Notes: generated from the sequence alone by a model not told the origin. A stretch of 64,000 nt of DNA from a virus (IMGVR_UViG_3300020049_016248); one strand, 5' to 3'; positions 1 to 10,673 are shown, counted from the first letter of the stretch. Program-made: numbers and translations.

Positions 1-85
1 ATGGAAAGAAAAAGGTGATGATTATTATGGAATATTTGATTTAACACCTAATTCTTTGTCATGGAAATTGTTTAATAGAGCATAA
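1..85 (+). CDS. 3' end of an upstream ORF (partial)
   Basis: Frame 2 is open to TAA at 83-85 (..GIFDLTPNSLSWKLFNRA*), which overlaps the next ATG. Confidence 0.6.
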   Translation, partial: WKEKGDDYYGIFDLTPNSLSWKLFNRA

Positions 86-645
86 TGACTAAAAATAGTG
101 AAAACAGTGGAAGTGGTAATAACTTTTACGGAGATAAAACTTTAAAGTATTTAAAAAAGCTTTCAAGAGAATCTGTAGAACAACATACTAATACTTCTGT
201 ATTATATTTTGAAGTAGATTTTGAAAGATCTAAAAGAAATTTCTATGGAGAGATGTTGATTAGAATTTGGAAAAACCCTATTGGAATTAGTGTTAGAGGT
301 GTAATTCAATTAGATCAGTCAGATGAAATAGCAATAGAAGATATTCCCAATAAAACTATGAATTTAAACTTTAGTTGTTACTTAGATCATTTAAAAGAGT
401 TAAACATAGAACCTAAAATTGGTGATTGTTTCTCTATCAAGAATAGAATTTATATGATTTACGATAAAACTATATTAGATGCTAATATGGTTTCAGTAGC
501 AGTTGATAGAGAAGCTTTATATATTAAATACATTTGCATAGCTCTTGATTCAGAGCAAATACAGATACCTGGTGAGAAAGCTAGTTCTCTAGGGTCTAAA
601 AACGATATAACTGGTGATAGTCAAACAGATAAAAGAGTTTATTAA
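85..645 (+). CDS. putative neck/head-completion protein (T4 gp14-like)
   Basis: Lies before the tail terminator and sheath; YGE and P..GD.F motifs resemble gp14-like proteins. Confidence 0.5.
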   Translation: MTKNSENSGSGNNFYGDKTLKYLKKLSRESVEQHTNTSVLYFEVDFERSKRNFYGEMLIRIWKNPIGISVRGVIQLDQSDEIAIEDIPNKTMNLNFSCYLDHLKELNIEPKIGDCFSIKNRIYMIYDKTILDANMVSVAVDREALYIKYICIALDSEQIQIPGEKASSLGSKNDITGDSQTDKRVY

Positions 646-884
646 TGAAAGATAAAAAAAATAGAATTAGAAGTATATTAAAAGAAAGTTTAGGTGATAT
701 TATTGTTTATCCTAAAGATATAGAATCTTTAGTTAAAGAAGAAGACCCTGATTTAACATCATTTGATTTAGAGCAAATTAAGCAAATTATTTTGCGTACA
801 ATGGCAGATGGTAAAATTGTAGAGAAAAAAGATATTCCTTTCTTTATAAATGTTTATATGAAATCTACTAAAAACTTAAACTAA
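645..884 (+). CDS. small virion/head-associated hypothetical protein
   Basis: N-terminal ..SILKES resembles an L-x-E prohead protease site; coupled to both neighbours. Confidence 0.4.
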   Translation: MKDKKNRIRSILKESLGDIIVYPKDIESLVKEEDPDLTSFDLEQIKQIILRTMADGKIVEKKDIPFFINVYMKSTKNLN

Positions 885-1717
885 TGTCTTTAAGAAAGAG
901 AGCGCGTAACGGTTACCCTCAAGTAACTTCTACTTACAATGAAACAAGTGATTTAAACCCATCACATTTACCTAATCAAAACGGTGATTTCATTTTAAGA
1001 GATATTACTTTAGAGAATATTGACCAAGCAGTTTGGGAAACTTTTAATAGAAGATTTACTGTTGCAGAAAAATCTTTAAATTTAATTCCTTTAGATGCTG
1101 ATGTTGCTGCGTTTAAATTTCAAAACCCAGGACAGTTTGATGATAGTACTGGTTATATGAATTTTCCTTATTTTACTATGTGGAGAACAGGAGTAGGTCC
1201 TGAGAATAATATTCGTTCATCTCCATCTAATAAACCTATTATATATACTATTCCAAAGCAAAAAGCTCAAGGAGTTGTATATGAAGAATATATTATGCCT
1301 GCTCCACAATTATTAAGAGCTACGTATACTTTTAAATTTGTTACAACTTATAGAGAGCATACAAATCAATTTGAACAACATATGTTAGATTATTTTAAAA
1401 ATAAAAGAAATCTAATTGTTGTTGATAATGAAAGATTTGAAATGATGCCAGTAACATCAGCTCAACCTTCTAGTTTAGATGTAGCAGATAGAGATGGTTC
1501 AAAAGGTTATTCTTTATATATTTTGACTTATGAATTAGCAGTGATTTGTTATTTAAGAGATTCAAATCAGGTTCAAAAAAGAGAAAGACCTAATACGTAT
1601 ACATTACAAATCACAGAGAGTTCTGGTCCACAAGTAAACGAAATAGTTCAAGCAACATTATCTAGGGGTGTTCAACCTACATTAGATAATACTTCTACTG
1701 ACTTCATACAAGAGTAA
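884..1717 (+). CDS. putative tail terminator/sheath stabiliser (gp15-like)
   Basis: Immediately upstream of the sheath; ITLENIDQAV and P...Y.F...T pattern. Confidence 0.55.
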   Translation: MSLRKRARNGYPQVTSTYNETSDLNPSHLPNQNGDFILRDITLENIDQAVWETFNRRFTVAEKSLNLIPLDADVAAFKFQNPGQFDDSTGYMNFPYFTMWRTGVGPENNIRSSPSNKPIIYTIPKQKAQGVVYEEYIMPAPQLLRATYTFKFVTTYREHTNQFEQHMLDYFKNKRNLIVVDNERFEMMPVTSAQPSSLDVADRDGSKGYSLYILTYELAVICYLRDSNQVQKRERPNTYTLQITESSGPQVNEIVQATLSRGVQPTLDNTSTDFIQE

Positions 1718-1786
1718 ATAAATATCTTAATTATTTCTGGTTTAAAAAGATTCTTAAAAGATAAATTTACTTTTAAGAATTACAGA

Positions 1787-1794
1787 CTATTTAT
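1787..1794 (+). promoter_or_regulatory. putative late promoter (c/a)TATTTA, representative copy
   Basis: Recurs about 10-30 nt before late-gene starts: 1788, 4740, 7612, 8269, 19603, 26374, 27163, 62734, and minus strand 11906, 41579, 55849. Confidence 0.65.
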
Positions 1795-1821
1795 TATAAA
1801 CTAATAAAATATATAAAAACA

Positions 1822-4650
1822 ATGGCTTTAAATAAGATCAGTAAAATTAGCTCTGGGATATATTACCAAGAGGTTGATTTGACAGTAGTTCAACAAGCTG
1901 CTGGTACTTTCGCTGGTGCAATGTTAGGATTAACAGAAAAAGGTCCTGCATTTCAAATCTTAACTTCTACTAGTTTCACAGAACGCGTAACTAGATTTGG
2001 GGATCTAAATCCTTTATACCCTAGTTCATATTATGCTAGAGAATTTCTAGAACAAGCAAACAATTATAAAGAAGTAAGAATTTTAGGTTTAGAAGGTTAT
2101 AACGAAAAACCAGGTGATGAACCAGGAGTAGATTCAGGTAATGATAAATGCTTTGCAATCATTTATAATACAGGTTCTGTTTCTGCAAGAACACCATTAG
2201 GGGTAGGTGGAACAACACCTGTTACTGCTTCACCAGAAACTATTGCAGCAATTTTAAAACCTAGAAGACAAGCTTTTACAGGTTATGGTATTGTTGATTA
2301 TGTAGAGATTACAACAATTCTACAAAGAGACGGTGTAACAACTGATGCTACAGATGATTTGTTTAATGTACATATTGTATTCGAAACAGGCCCTGTGACA
2401 TATGCAGATTTAAACATCCCTTGTTCATTAAGACCAGAAGCAAAAGAATATATTGGAAAAGTATTCGGTTACGATCCAAGAGATACAACAAAAGTTCAAG
2501 GTGTTGTATCACCATTATGGGTTGAGTTTTCTTACCCTTCTAAAACAAGAAAAAGCACTGCATCAGGTGATTCAGAATATTATTACCCTGGAGATACTTC
2601 ACCACAATTAAGTGGATTTTTAAGTGTCTTGATAGGAGATATGACAGTACAAACTGGATTTACTTATACATCTGTTACTCCATCTAACATTACTGTTGGA
2701 GCAACAACAACAGTAACTGCAGCAGGTCATGGTTATGTAAATGGAACACCAATTGTTTTCACTGGAACAAGTTTACCAGTAGCAAACGTTTCTGGTGTTA
2801 CTTCATTAGATAACACTACTTGGTATGTAGGAGGTGTATCAGGTGCAAACTTTAACGTTTACACAGATGCTACATTAACAACATTAGTTGATACAACAAG
2901 TGGAGTATACGTAGCAGGAACAGTTCGTAAAGCATTTATCTCAACTTGGGAAGATGAAGTTATGACATTAGGTGGAATTGATGGTGATGAAGTAGAGTTT
3001 CAAACTCCAATTTCTCCATGGTTAGTTTCAGACGCTGATGCAAACGGTGATGTAAAAAGATTATTTAGAATTTGGTCTATTTCTGACGGTGAAGCAGCTA
3101 ATACAGAAATTAAAATAGAATTATCTAACATTAACCCTGATGGAAATATTGGATTAGGTTCATTTGACATTAAAGTAAGAGCTTATTCTGATAGAGAAGA
3201 TACAGGAACACAAATTGTAGAAGTTTATTCAAACTTAACAATGAATCCTGCATCTGATAATTACGTTTTAAGAAGAATTGGTGATGGTGAAACATTCCCT
3301 TTAAAATCTAGATATATTTTCGTTGAATTAAACGAAGAAGATACAATACCAAATGATGTATTACCATACGGTGTTGAAGGATATATTGGTACAACAGGAA
3401 TTGTAACACCAGATGTAGTTTGGACAAATCAATATGATTTAACTAAACCATTATCTAAACAAATTTTAGGTTTACCTAATAATAGAACAAACATGTTTGC
3501 TGAATTACAATCAGACATGTTATCTTATAAAAACGTAGTAGAATTATCTGCTGCAACAGGTAAAGGTTTCCATTTAAACCCTAATAACAATACAAATATT
3601 TCAACAGCATTGTTTACATTATGTGATACAGATCCATTATCTGCAGATTCTATTTATAGAACATCACCAACAAATGCAACACCAGTTACAGGTTTAACTA
3701 AAGTAGCTCGTAATAAGTTTGTATTTGCATTAGCAGGTGGTTTTGATGCATTTAATGTATATCAAGCAAGAGATTGGGGAACATCTACATCAAAAGACTT
3801 TGAAGCTTTACAAAGAGGTTTAGAAATTTTATCTGACGCAGAGAGTTTAGATGCTGATTTTTCAGTATTAGTTACTCCAGATTTTAACTTCCAAGATCAT
3901 TCATTAGCTGTTGAAACAACTTTAGAAATGGTTGAAGGTAGAGGTGACGCTTTATATTTACCAGACTTTAGATATGAATTAGATCCAATTCCAGATAATG
4001 CTAAATTAGATTTAGAAAATTCTAATATCTTATCTAATTACGATGCGATTTATTACCCTTGGGTTCAAATTGAAGATTCAACAAATAAGGTTAATTTATG
4101 GTTACCTCCTTCATTAATTGCTTTAGCAACAATTGCTGCAACAGCTACAAATGAAAATGTATGGCAACCACCAGCAGGTTCTTTAAGAACAATTACTCAA
4201 CATTTAGTTAGAACTCGTAAGAGAATGAAATTAAATGATAGAGAAATTTTAAAATCTGCTAATATTAATCCTATAACAGAGTTTCCAGGTTCAGGTTTTG
4301 AAATCACAGAAACAAGAACAACTCAAGAAGTGTTTTCAGCATTATCTTTTGTTCATAATAGATTATTATTAAACTATGCTAAAAAAGCTTTAAATCAAGT
4401 ATTGAGACCATTGTTACATCAACTTAATACTCCAAATTTAAGAAATGCTTTCGTTAACGCAGTGAATCCAATTTTTGATAGAATCAAAAAATTAAACGGA
4501 GTTGAAGAGTTTAAAGTATCTGTTATCGATCAAGAAAATGACAGAACAACTTTATATGGAGTTATCGAAATTGTTCCTCTATATCCAGTAGAACGTATTT
4601 CAGTAACATTTACTTTACGTAATGGAACACTTGATTTTAATAATCAATAA
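1822..4650 (+). CDS. contractile tail sheath protein
   Basis: 942 aa; N-terminal SGIYYQEVDLT/GLTEKGPAF; C-terminal YYPWV, WQPPAG, INPI, RLL, IVPLYPVERI. Confidence 0.95.
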   Translation: MALNKISKISSGIYYQEVDLTVVQQAAGTFAGAMLGLTEKGPAFQILTSTSFTERVTRFGDLNPLYPSSYYAREFLEQANNYKEVRILGLEGYNEKPGDEPGVDSGNDKCFAIIYNTGSVSARTPLGVGGTTPVTASPETIAAILKPRRQAFTGYGIVDYVEITTILQRDGVTTDATDDLFNVHIVFETGPVTYADLNIPCSLRPEAKEYIGKVFGYDPRDTTKVQGVVSPLWVEFSYPSKTRKSTASGDSEYYYPGDTSPQLSGFLSVLIGDMTVQTGFTYTSVTPSNITVGATTTVTAAGHGYVNGTPIVFTGTSLPVANVSGVTSLDNTTWYVGGVSGANFNVYTDATLTTLVDTTSGVYVAGTVRKAFISTWEDEVMTLGGIDGDEVEFQTPISPWLVSDADANGDVKRLFRIWSISDGEAANTEIKIELSNINPDGNIGLGSFDIKVRAYSDREDTGTQIVEVYSNLTMNPASDNYVLRRIGDGETFPLKSRYIFVELNEEDTIPNDVLPYGVEGYIGTTGIVTPDVVWTNQYDLTKPLSKQILGLPNNRTNMFAELQSDMLSYKNVVELSAATGKGFHLNPNNNTNISTALFTLCDTDPLSADSIYRTSPTNATPVTGLTKVARNKFVFALAGGFDAFNVYQARDWGTSTSKDFEALQRGLEILSDAESLDADFSVLVTPDFNFQDHSLAVETTLEMVEGRGDALYLPDFRYELDPIPDNAKLDLENSNILSNYDAIYYPWVQIEDSTNKVNLWLPPSLIALATIAATATNENVWQPPAGSLRTITQHLVRTRKRMKLNDREILKSANINPITEFPGSGFEITETRTTQEVFSALSFVHNRLLLNYAKKALNQVLRPLLHQLNTPNLRNAFVNAVNPIFDRIKKLNGVEEFKVSVIDQENDRTTLYGVIEIVPLYPVERISVTFTLRNGTLDFNNQ

Positions 4651-4667
4651 GTATAATTTACAGTAAT

Positions 4668-4702
4668 AAAAAAGGATAGGTGTAAAAATCTATCCTTTTT
4701 TT
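4668..4702 (+). terminator. intrinsic terminator after the sheath gene
   Basis: aaaaaaggatag...ctatccttttttt hairpin with U-tract. Confidence 0.85.
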
Positions 4703-4772
4703 ATGTAAAAAGTTTTGTTTAATTTTAATTACAAACTTCTATTTATATAAAAGAATCTATTTAAAAGATATA

Positions 4773-5048
4773 ATGAGTAAAGAAAAGAAAATTGAAAAAG
4801 TTTTAAATAAAACTTTCTTAAAAGAAGTTGAAGCTCCTGCATCTGAAAGATCAAAAGAAGTGTTTGATTTGTTAGATGAAGCGAGAAAAGCTTTACAAGA
4901 CGCTCAAGCTAATATATATATTCAAATGCCTAATATGTATCAACAAGCATATAAAGCAGAATTAGATTCAATTTATAATCATTGCGGTCAAGCAATAGCT
5001 GAAATTCAAGTTTTAGCTAAAAAAATCCATGGAGAAACTGGACAGTAA
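4773..5048 (+). CDS. putative internal head protein
   Basis: TATTTA upstream; leader MSKEKKIEKVLNKTFLKE ends in L-x-E. Confidence 0.4.
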   Translation: MSKEKKIEKVLNKTFLKEVEAPASERSKEVFDLLDEARKALQDAQANIYIQMPNMYQQAYKAELDSIYNHCGQAIAEIQVLAKKIHGETGQ

Positions 5049-5051
5049 GAA

Positions 5052-6464
5052 ATGGAAAAAGTATATTATTTTGAATATTACCCTTCTAGGGGTGATACTT
5101 TTAAAACAGCTGTGGTTTTAACACTTGAAAGTTTGCAAGCTTTACGGAAAGCTCATGCAACTGACGATGAGTTGTTTGGTGAATTGGTAAGAAAACTAGA
5201 AACTAAAACAAAACAAACAATATGGTTTATATCAGAGATTCTTACTGATGAACCAAAATTAATTTCTAAACTGAAAAGTAAAAAGACTATTGGTGATATG
5301 ACAGAAGAAGGAAGTTGGGCAATGTCTTTAGTTAGTATGAAAGATGCTAAAAACAAAGTAAAAGAAATAGAGTTAGATTTAGACGAAGCAGTGGTAAAAA
5401 AAGCACCTACAAGTTTAGGTTTAATGACTGAAGAGTATAGGGATTTAAAAGATAATCTTTGGATTTTAAAAACAGCTATAAAAAAAGAACCAAATACAAA
5501 AAGGGGGAAAGAAGCAAAAGAAATTTTGAAAGCATATAAGTTTAATGAGTTTGATAAAGAAGAATATGATAACAAAGTTGAATATTTGGACAATGCAGTA
5601 GAAGAATGGATGGATTATTATAATTGGAAAGAAGTCCCTTATCAAACAGAAAACAGTAATAAAATAAAAGAATCAGTTAAAAGTAAACTTAAAGAGTCAA
5701 GACCTAGCGCTATGAGTTTAGAAGAAATCACTTCTATAATTGGAGAAATGAATAATACAATAAGTGGTCCTAGTGAAGAGGGTAAACCTGGTGTTTGTAT
5801 TGTTTACAGTTTTGAAAAAGAACAATTAGATAAATTATGTTCAAAATATGGAATTGAATATGAAATAATTGAAAAATTCGTTGACGGTAACGGTGATGAA
5901 TGTTTAGAAGTTCGAGAAAAACAATTAAAAGAAAATAAAAATATAATGTCAAAGAAAAAACAAATAGAATTACTTGAAGGTGAAATTGAAAAACTAGCAG
6001 GTAAAAAAGTAAAATTAGTAGAATCTTCAATTGAATGTTCTTGTAAAAAAGATAAATTGACAGAAGCTAAAAAAGATAAAGAAGAAAAGGAAGAAGAAGA
6101 GGTTGAAGTAGAAGATACAGCAGTAGCAAAATCAGATGAAGCAGCGTTAAAAGCAGCTACAGAAGATGCTTCTGAACCAATCTTAGGTAATATTATTCCT
6201 GCTTCTGTTATTAAAGAAATTGACGCTTATGTTACAAATACATTAGCAGAGATTGATAAAGCAACAACTCAATTGAGAGCTATAAAAAAACAAATTACAT
6301 CTGGTGCAACTGCATCTAATGAAGATTTTTCTACATTAACAGATAGAATTGCTTTCTTAGTAAAACAATTATCTCGTATTGCTCTTTATTCGTCTAATAC
6401 TATTAAAGCTGGAAAGTTTGATAAAACTTTGTTAGATAAAATTTTCGAACAAAAAGAACTTTAA
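5052..6464 (+). CDS. acidic/Lys-rich putative internal head protein
   Basis: Many L/I-x-E sites; contains EKLAGKKVKLVE motif. Confidence 0.45.
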   Translation: MEKVYYFEYYPSRGDTFKTAVVLTLESLQALRKAHATDDELFGELVRKLETKTKQTIWFISEILTDEPKLISKLKSKKTIGDMTEEGSWAMSLVSMKDAKNKVKEIELDLDEAVVKKAPTSLGLMTEEYRDLKDNLWILKTAIKKEPNTKRGKEAKEILKAYKFNEFDKEEYDNKVEYLDNAVEEWMDYYNWKEVPYQTENSNKIKESVKSKLKESRPSAMSLEEITSIIGEMNNTISGPSEEGKPGVCIVYSFEKEQLDKLCSKYGIEYEIIEKFVDGNGDECLEVREKQLKENKNIMSKKKQIELLEGEIEKLAGKKVKLVESSIECSCKKDKLTEAKKDKEEKEEEEVEVEDTAVAKSDEAALKAATEDASEPILGNIIPASVIKEIDAYVTNTLAEIDKATTQLRAIKKQITSGATASNEDFSTLTDRIAFLVKQLSRIALYSSNTIKAGKFDKTLLDKIFEQKEL

Positions 6465-6552
6465 TCTGATTAAAGTAATGTACAAAACAAATAAATTAAT
6501 CGAAAAGTTAGAAAACTAGTTAATAAAAGAAACTGAAAAAGGAATTAGGTTA

Positions 6553-7494
6553 ATGTTTAGATATGTTGTAGGAATAGATAGAGGTGGAGTAACTGTAGAT
6601 AGTTCTTCTAAAATATCTAAAGAAGAAATGTTACTTGAAGTAAAAGAAATAAGTGAAGAGTTTGATTATGGAATTTATTTTTTTCAAAAAGTTAACGTTT
6701 ACACTGTTTTAGGGGATGAGTACACAATAGTATATTCTCCAGTTGAAATTAACACAGGTAAAATTTTAAATTATGCACAAAACTCTGATGATGGTGTTTA
6801 TGTTTCATTACAAAAGTTAACTTCTTTAATAAAGGAAAGTAGCAACAAAGTAGATAAATTAATCGAAAAGTTAGAAAAACTAACTGGTAAAAAGGTTAAG
6901 TTAAAAGAAGCTTCATCTTCTACAAAGTTTGAATTAACTAGTAAAGGAAAATCTTTAGTTGCTGATTATAAACAACTACATAGTGCATTAGTTAGATTAG
7001 GTGTTGAGGATGATTTTGAATTAGGTGATGATGCTATGGATGCACAAACAGTATATGGTGCAGCTGTAGTTTTAAAAGATATAAATTCTTTAAAACCTTA
7101 TTTTACTTTAGATGAAATAATTGATATAGAAGGTGATGAAGAGTTTGTTGAAAAGACTTTGATTCCTTTATATCTAAGAAGAGGATATATTAAACAAGTA
7201 ACGACAGAAAATGTAAAGTTGACTGAAGTTGCAAAAACGTTTAAAAAAGACATTGGATTGAGTACATCGTTTGACGAATTCAGAGAAATAGATTCCTTGT
7301 TAAGAAAAGCTGGTTTTAAAGCATCAACGATAGAAGATACAGTTCGCGGAATTGTTGACGAAACTTTAGATTATTATTGGTGGATTGCTAGAGGTGATGA
7401 TATGCCTCATGGTATTACAATCAATAACCCTAAAATTTTTAAAACTAAAATGTATAACGCTTTATTAGACTATCAAGGTGAAAGCGAATATTAA
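6553..7494 (+). CDS. putative internal head protein; may originally have started at 6478
   Basis: EKLTGKKVKLKE motif; in-frame upstream ATG at 6478 separated by TAG 6517-6519. Confidence 0.45.
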   Translation: MFRYVVGIDRGGVTVDSSSKISKEEMLLEVKEISEEFDYGIYFFQKVNVYTVLGDEYTIVYSPVEINTGKILNYAQNSDDGVYVSLQKLTSLIKESSNKVDKLIEKLEKLTGKKVKLKEASSSTKFELTSKGKSLVADYKQLHSALVRLGVEDDFELGDDAMDAQTVYGAAVVLKDINSLKPYFTLDEIIDIEGDEEFVEKTLIPLYLRRGYIKQVTTENVKLTEVAKTFKKDIGLSTSFDEFREIDSLLRKAGFKASTIEDTVRGIVDETLDYYWWIARGDDMPHGITINNPKIFKTKMYNALLDYQGESEY

Positions 7495-7534
7495 TTAATA
7501 GTTTTAACCACTCTTAAAATAGAATTTTAAGACA

Positions 7535-7578
7535 GACACTTTTGAGGAAATAAAAAACTTCAAAAGTGTTTCTTTTTT
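7535..7578 (+). terminator. intrinsic terminator
   Basis: gacacttttgagg...cttcaaaagtgtt followed by a T-rich tract. Confidence 0.7.
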
Positions 7579-7641
7579 CTATTAGAAACGATAAACCTAT
7601 AAAATAATTTATATTTATAATAAACAATTAAATTTAAGTGA

Positions 7642-8181
7642 ATGTTAAACAACACAAATATAGTAAAGCCATTTAAAACTGGATATGCAAACTCAGGTCA
7701 ATTATTTTCTAATATCCCAAATCAGTTTGAACCGATAAGAAAAGATTTATGGTCTTTAGAATTTCCAGTTCAAATGGGTATTCCAGAGATTTTGGAAGTG
7801 TCTGCGTCAAGACCAAAAATGACAAATGCTTCAAAAGAAGTTATGTTTAAAAACTTATCTACTTTTTATAAAGGTAAGACAAAAATGGAACCGATGACAA
7901 TTGTTTTCAGAGATGCTATCGGTCCTGCAATTTTCCAAAAACTTTTACAATGGCAAAGAGAACATACAGATTTTGCAACAGGAAAAGGTGGATATGCTGC
8001 AACATATAAGAAAACATTAACTCTTAACATGGAAGATCCAACTGGAGCAGTAATTCAAAAGTTTTATCTTTATGGATGCTTTATAACTGATTTAGATGGT
8101 GGTGAAGTAACAGCAGATTCAGATGATATTGCTACAATTTCAATAACCATACAGTGCGACTCGTTCGTCCAAGTTTTCTAA
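7642..8181 (+). CDS. tail tube protein (T4 gp19-like)
   Basis: FEPIRK..W, SRPK, YKGK..EPMTIVFRD, YKKTLTLNMEDPTG..LYGCFITDLDGG. Confidence 0.9.
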   Translation: MLNNTNIVKPFKTGYANSGQLFSNIPNQFEPIRKDLWSLEFPVQMGIPEILEVSASRPKMTNASKEVMFKNLSTFYKGKTKMEPMTIVFRDAIGPAIFQKLLQWQREHTDFATGKGGYAATYKKTLTLNMEDPTGAVIQKFYLYGCFITDLDGGEVTADSDDIATISITIQCDSFVQVF

Positions 8182-8203
8182 AAAGTTACAAAGAGTATAC
8201 GTT

Positions 8204-8242
8204 AAAAAAAGATTATTAGCACAAACTAATAATCTTTTTTTT
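8204..8242 (+). terminator. intrinsic terminator after the tube gene
   Basis: aaaaaaagattattag-cacaaa-ctaataatctttttttt. Confidence 0.85.
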
Positions 8243-8287
8243 ATTTCACAGTTTTACTGTATATAAACTATTTAAAATAAACTATTT

Positions 8288-8737
8288 ATGACTCGTCTTA
8301 AACAATATGTAATTTCACTATGTTTTCTTTGTTTTGCTAGTATTTCAATAGCAACACCTAGTAAAGATACAGTTCAAGTAAAAAACAAGTTAGAATTAAC
8401 GTTTTTCGATGAAAAACAATTCTTTTCTGATATAGACTGGGGAACATTGCATTGCGAATATCAAGTGTTAAGTGCTTATTTAAAAGATTCTGTACAAATC
8501 TTTGTACAAATAGAAAATCAAACATTAGAATCGATAGAAACTAAAGCAGCAATAAAAGAAAGTTTAAACTTTATATGTGCTTCATTCACAGGATACACTT
8601 ATGATGTATATAAGAAAGAATCAGAACAAGAAGTGATGTATACAATTGTTTTCAATTTAACAGAAACTCTTGAATTGAATCCAAAGTTAAGTTTTTTTAT
8701 GAAACAAAATAAAATTTATAAAATATATTATTATTAA
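8288..8737 (+). CDS. hypothetical protein with N-terminal signal-peptide-like segment
   Basis: Basic N-terminus, hydrophobic stretch, ASISIA. Confidence 0.45.
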   Translation: MTRLKQYVISLCFLCFASISIATPSKDTVQVKNKLELTFFDEKQFFSDIDWGTLHCEYQVLSAYLKDSVQIFVQIENQTLESIETKAAIKESLNFICASFTGYTYDVYKKESEQEVMYTIVFNLTETLELNPKLSFFMKQNKIYKIYYY

Positions 8738-8964
8738 TGGGAAAAGATTATACAAACGGAGATCATAGTTTTAAAAACTGGTTTAAGATTATGTGGAAAA
8801 ACTTTTATATTCAATTGTTTATATTAGCATTAGCTTTTACAATTTACGGGTTTATTGATTTAGAAGGAACCGGTCAATTAGTTTTGATTATTCCTATTTT
8901 AGCAATGAGTGTAATAGCATATTTTGGTTTTTATAAATTCTGGAAAGAGTTAAGAGGTTTATAG
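8737..8964 (+). CDS. small 2-TM membrane protein
   Basis: Two hydrophobic helices. Confidence 0.55.
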   Translation: MGKDYTNGDHSFKNWFKIMWKNFYIQLFILALAFTIYGFIDLEGTGQLVLIIPILAMSVIAYFGFYKFWKELRGL

Positions 8965-8980
8965 TTTAATACTCAATATA

Positions 8981-9481
8981 ATGTCAAAGTTTAAATCTTA
9001 TAAAATTTGGAAAAACTGGCATTGGTGTAATATATTATTCCGATTTAGTTTATTATTTGATTGTAGACGTATGGTTAAACAGGTGATATTTAAAAAATCT
9101 TGCTTATATACTTTACCTTTCCCTGATAAGTTAGATATTAATAAACTCTTTGGATTTTCTTACGGGTTACATCATAATAATTCAGCAAGATTTGGTTGGC
9201 ATTGTGTAGAAGATCATATAGCTCTTTTTGCTTATTGTTATATAAACGGTAAACGAGAAGAAAAATTTATTACTTTAATTAAACCTGAACAAGAATATAA
9301 ACTTATGATTAGTGTAAGTAATAAAAAATATGTATTTACTGTGTTTGAAGGTAAAAACTTGATTCAACGTACAATAGATAAGCCAAATAACCTATTTAAA
9401 ATAGGTTATAAATTATGGCCATATTTTGGTGGTAATAGAAAAGCACCTCATACAATGGAAATTTTATTAGCAGACGAATAA
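8981..9481 (+). CDS. hypothetical phage protein
   Basis: Intact ORF; DINKLFGFSYG..H.NSARFGW and LWPYFGGN motifs. Confidence 0.6.
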   Translation: MSKFKSYKIWKNWHWCNILFRFSLLFDCRRMVKQVIFKKSCLYTLPFPDKLDINKLFGFSYGLHHNNSARFGWHCVEDHIALFAYCYINGKREEKFITLIKPEQEYKLMISVSNKKYVFTVFEGKNLIQRTIDKPNNLFKIGYKLWPYFGGNRKAPHTMEILLADE

Positions 9482-9491
9482 AAATTAAATA

Positions 9492-10673
9492 ATGGACAAG
9501 AAAAACTTAAAAGAAGCAGTTGAAAGTGTTGAACAGTTAAAATCTCGTATTTCTTCTTTAGAACAAGCTTATCAAAATCGTAAAGCAGAAGTTGAAGATG
9601 ATGAATATTGGAAAGATGTTCCTAGGGGAGCTAAGTTAGCAATATTATCAAAGTTAGATTCTTTGCAAAGAGAATTAGATAGAGCTAAAAAGAAACTAAC
9701 ACGATTAGAAGCTAGTGAAGTTGTAGTTGAAGACGAATTACCTGGCGGTATAGGTGATGATGCAAAAGTTAGTGACTTTTCACCAGAACAAATTTCAACA
9801 GGTTTGAAAGTAGAAATGGAACATACTAATGATCCTAAAATAGCTTTAGAAATTGTATTAGATCACTTAACAGAAGATTCAGAATACTATACAAAGTTAG
9901 CTACTATTGAGAGTGAACCAGAAATTGCTTCTTCAGAAATTGTTGCACCAGAAAAAGAAATGAGTATAGACCCTGAACTAGCTCTTAATCAAAGATCACA
10001 ATTAGAAGCTTTAGTTCAACAATTAGAAAATTTTATAATAACTTCAAAAGCTGAAAACACTTTAGCAGATGAATTGAAAGAAGCTTTATCTAAATTAAAA
10101 AACGTTGTAGAGATTTTAGATAAAGAAAGTTCAGTTTTATTTCAAACTAAAGAAAATGAAGATGATATAGATTATGTTGTAACCAGAGAAGATGAACCTT
10201 CTGAGGAAGAACATATAACATCCCTTATTGAAGAAGAAGTTGAAGAAGTTATTCTTGAACCAGAAGCAACTAAAATGGTTAAAAGTATTTTAGCTGATAT
10301 GTTAGCTAATAAAACTCCTTATATAACTGATGCAACTACAAAGTTCCCTTATATAGTTGAAGCTGAACCAGGTGATAATGAAGAATCTGTAGAAATCTTA
10401 TTAGGTTTTAACACAAAAGAATATGGTAAACATTTTGACGGTTGGGTTGAATTAAAATATGTGATTGATTACAGTTATACTCCAGCAAGAGCAAGCAATT
10501 CAAGAGACATTACACCTGAAGATTCAGATTTTGAGTTAAACTCAGTTACAATAGAAAGTATTCAGTTTTATAATGATACTAACAGTGAAAATTATTTCTT
10601 ATCTTTAGGAGATGTAGAGTTAAAAACTCTTGCAGAAAAAGTAGGAAATAAAATTATAGATGTTAGTTATTAA
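9492..10673 (+). CDS. acidic protein with DUF5661-like domain, putative head-associated
   Basis: GLKVEMEHTNDPKIALEIVLDHLTEDSEYYTKL; N-terminal MDKKNLKE. Confidence 0.65.
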   Translation: MDKKNLKEAVESVEQLKSRISSLEQAYQNRKAEVEDDEYWKDVPRGAKLAILSKLDSLQRELDRAKKKLTRLEASEVVVEDELPGGIGDDAKVSDFSPEQISTGLKVEMEHTNDPKIALEIVLDHLTEDSEYYTKLATIESEPEIASSEIVAPEKEMSIDPELALNQRSQLEALVQQLENFIITSKAENTLADELKEALSKLKNVVEILDKESSVLFQTKENEDDIDYVVTREDEPSEEEHITSLIEEEVEEVILEPEATKMVKSILADMLANKTPYITDATTKFPYIVEAEPGDNEESVEILLGFNTKEYGKHFDGWVELKYVIDYSYTPARASNSRDITPEDSDFELNSVTIESIQFYNDTNSENYFLSLGDVELKTLAEKVGNKIIDVSY

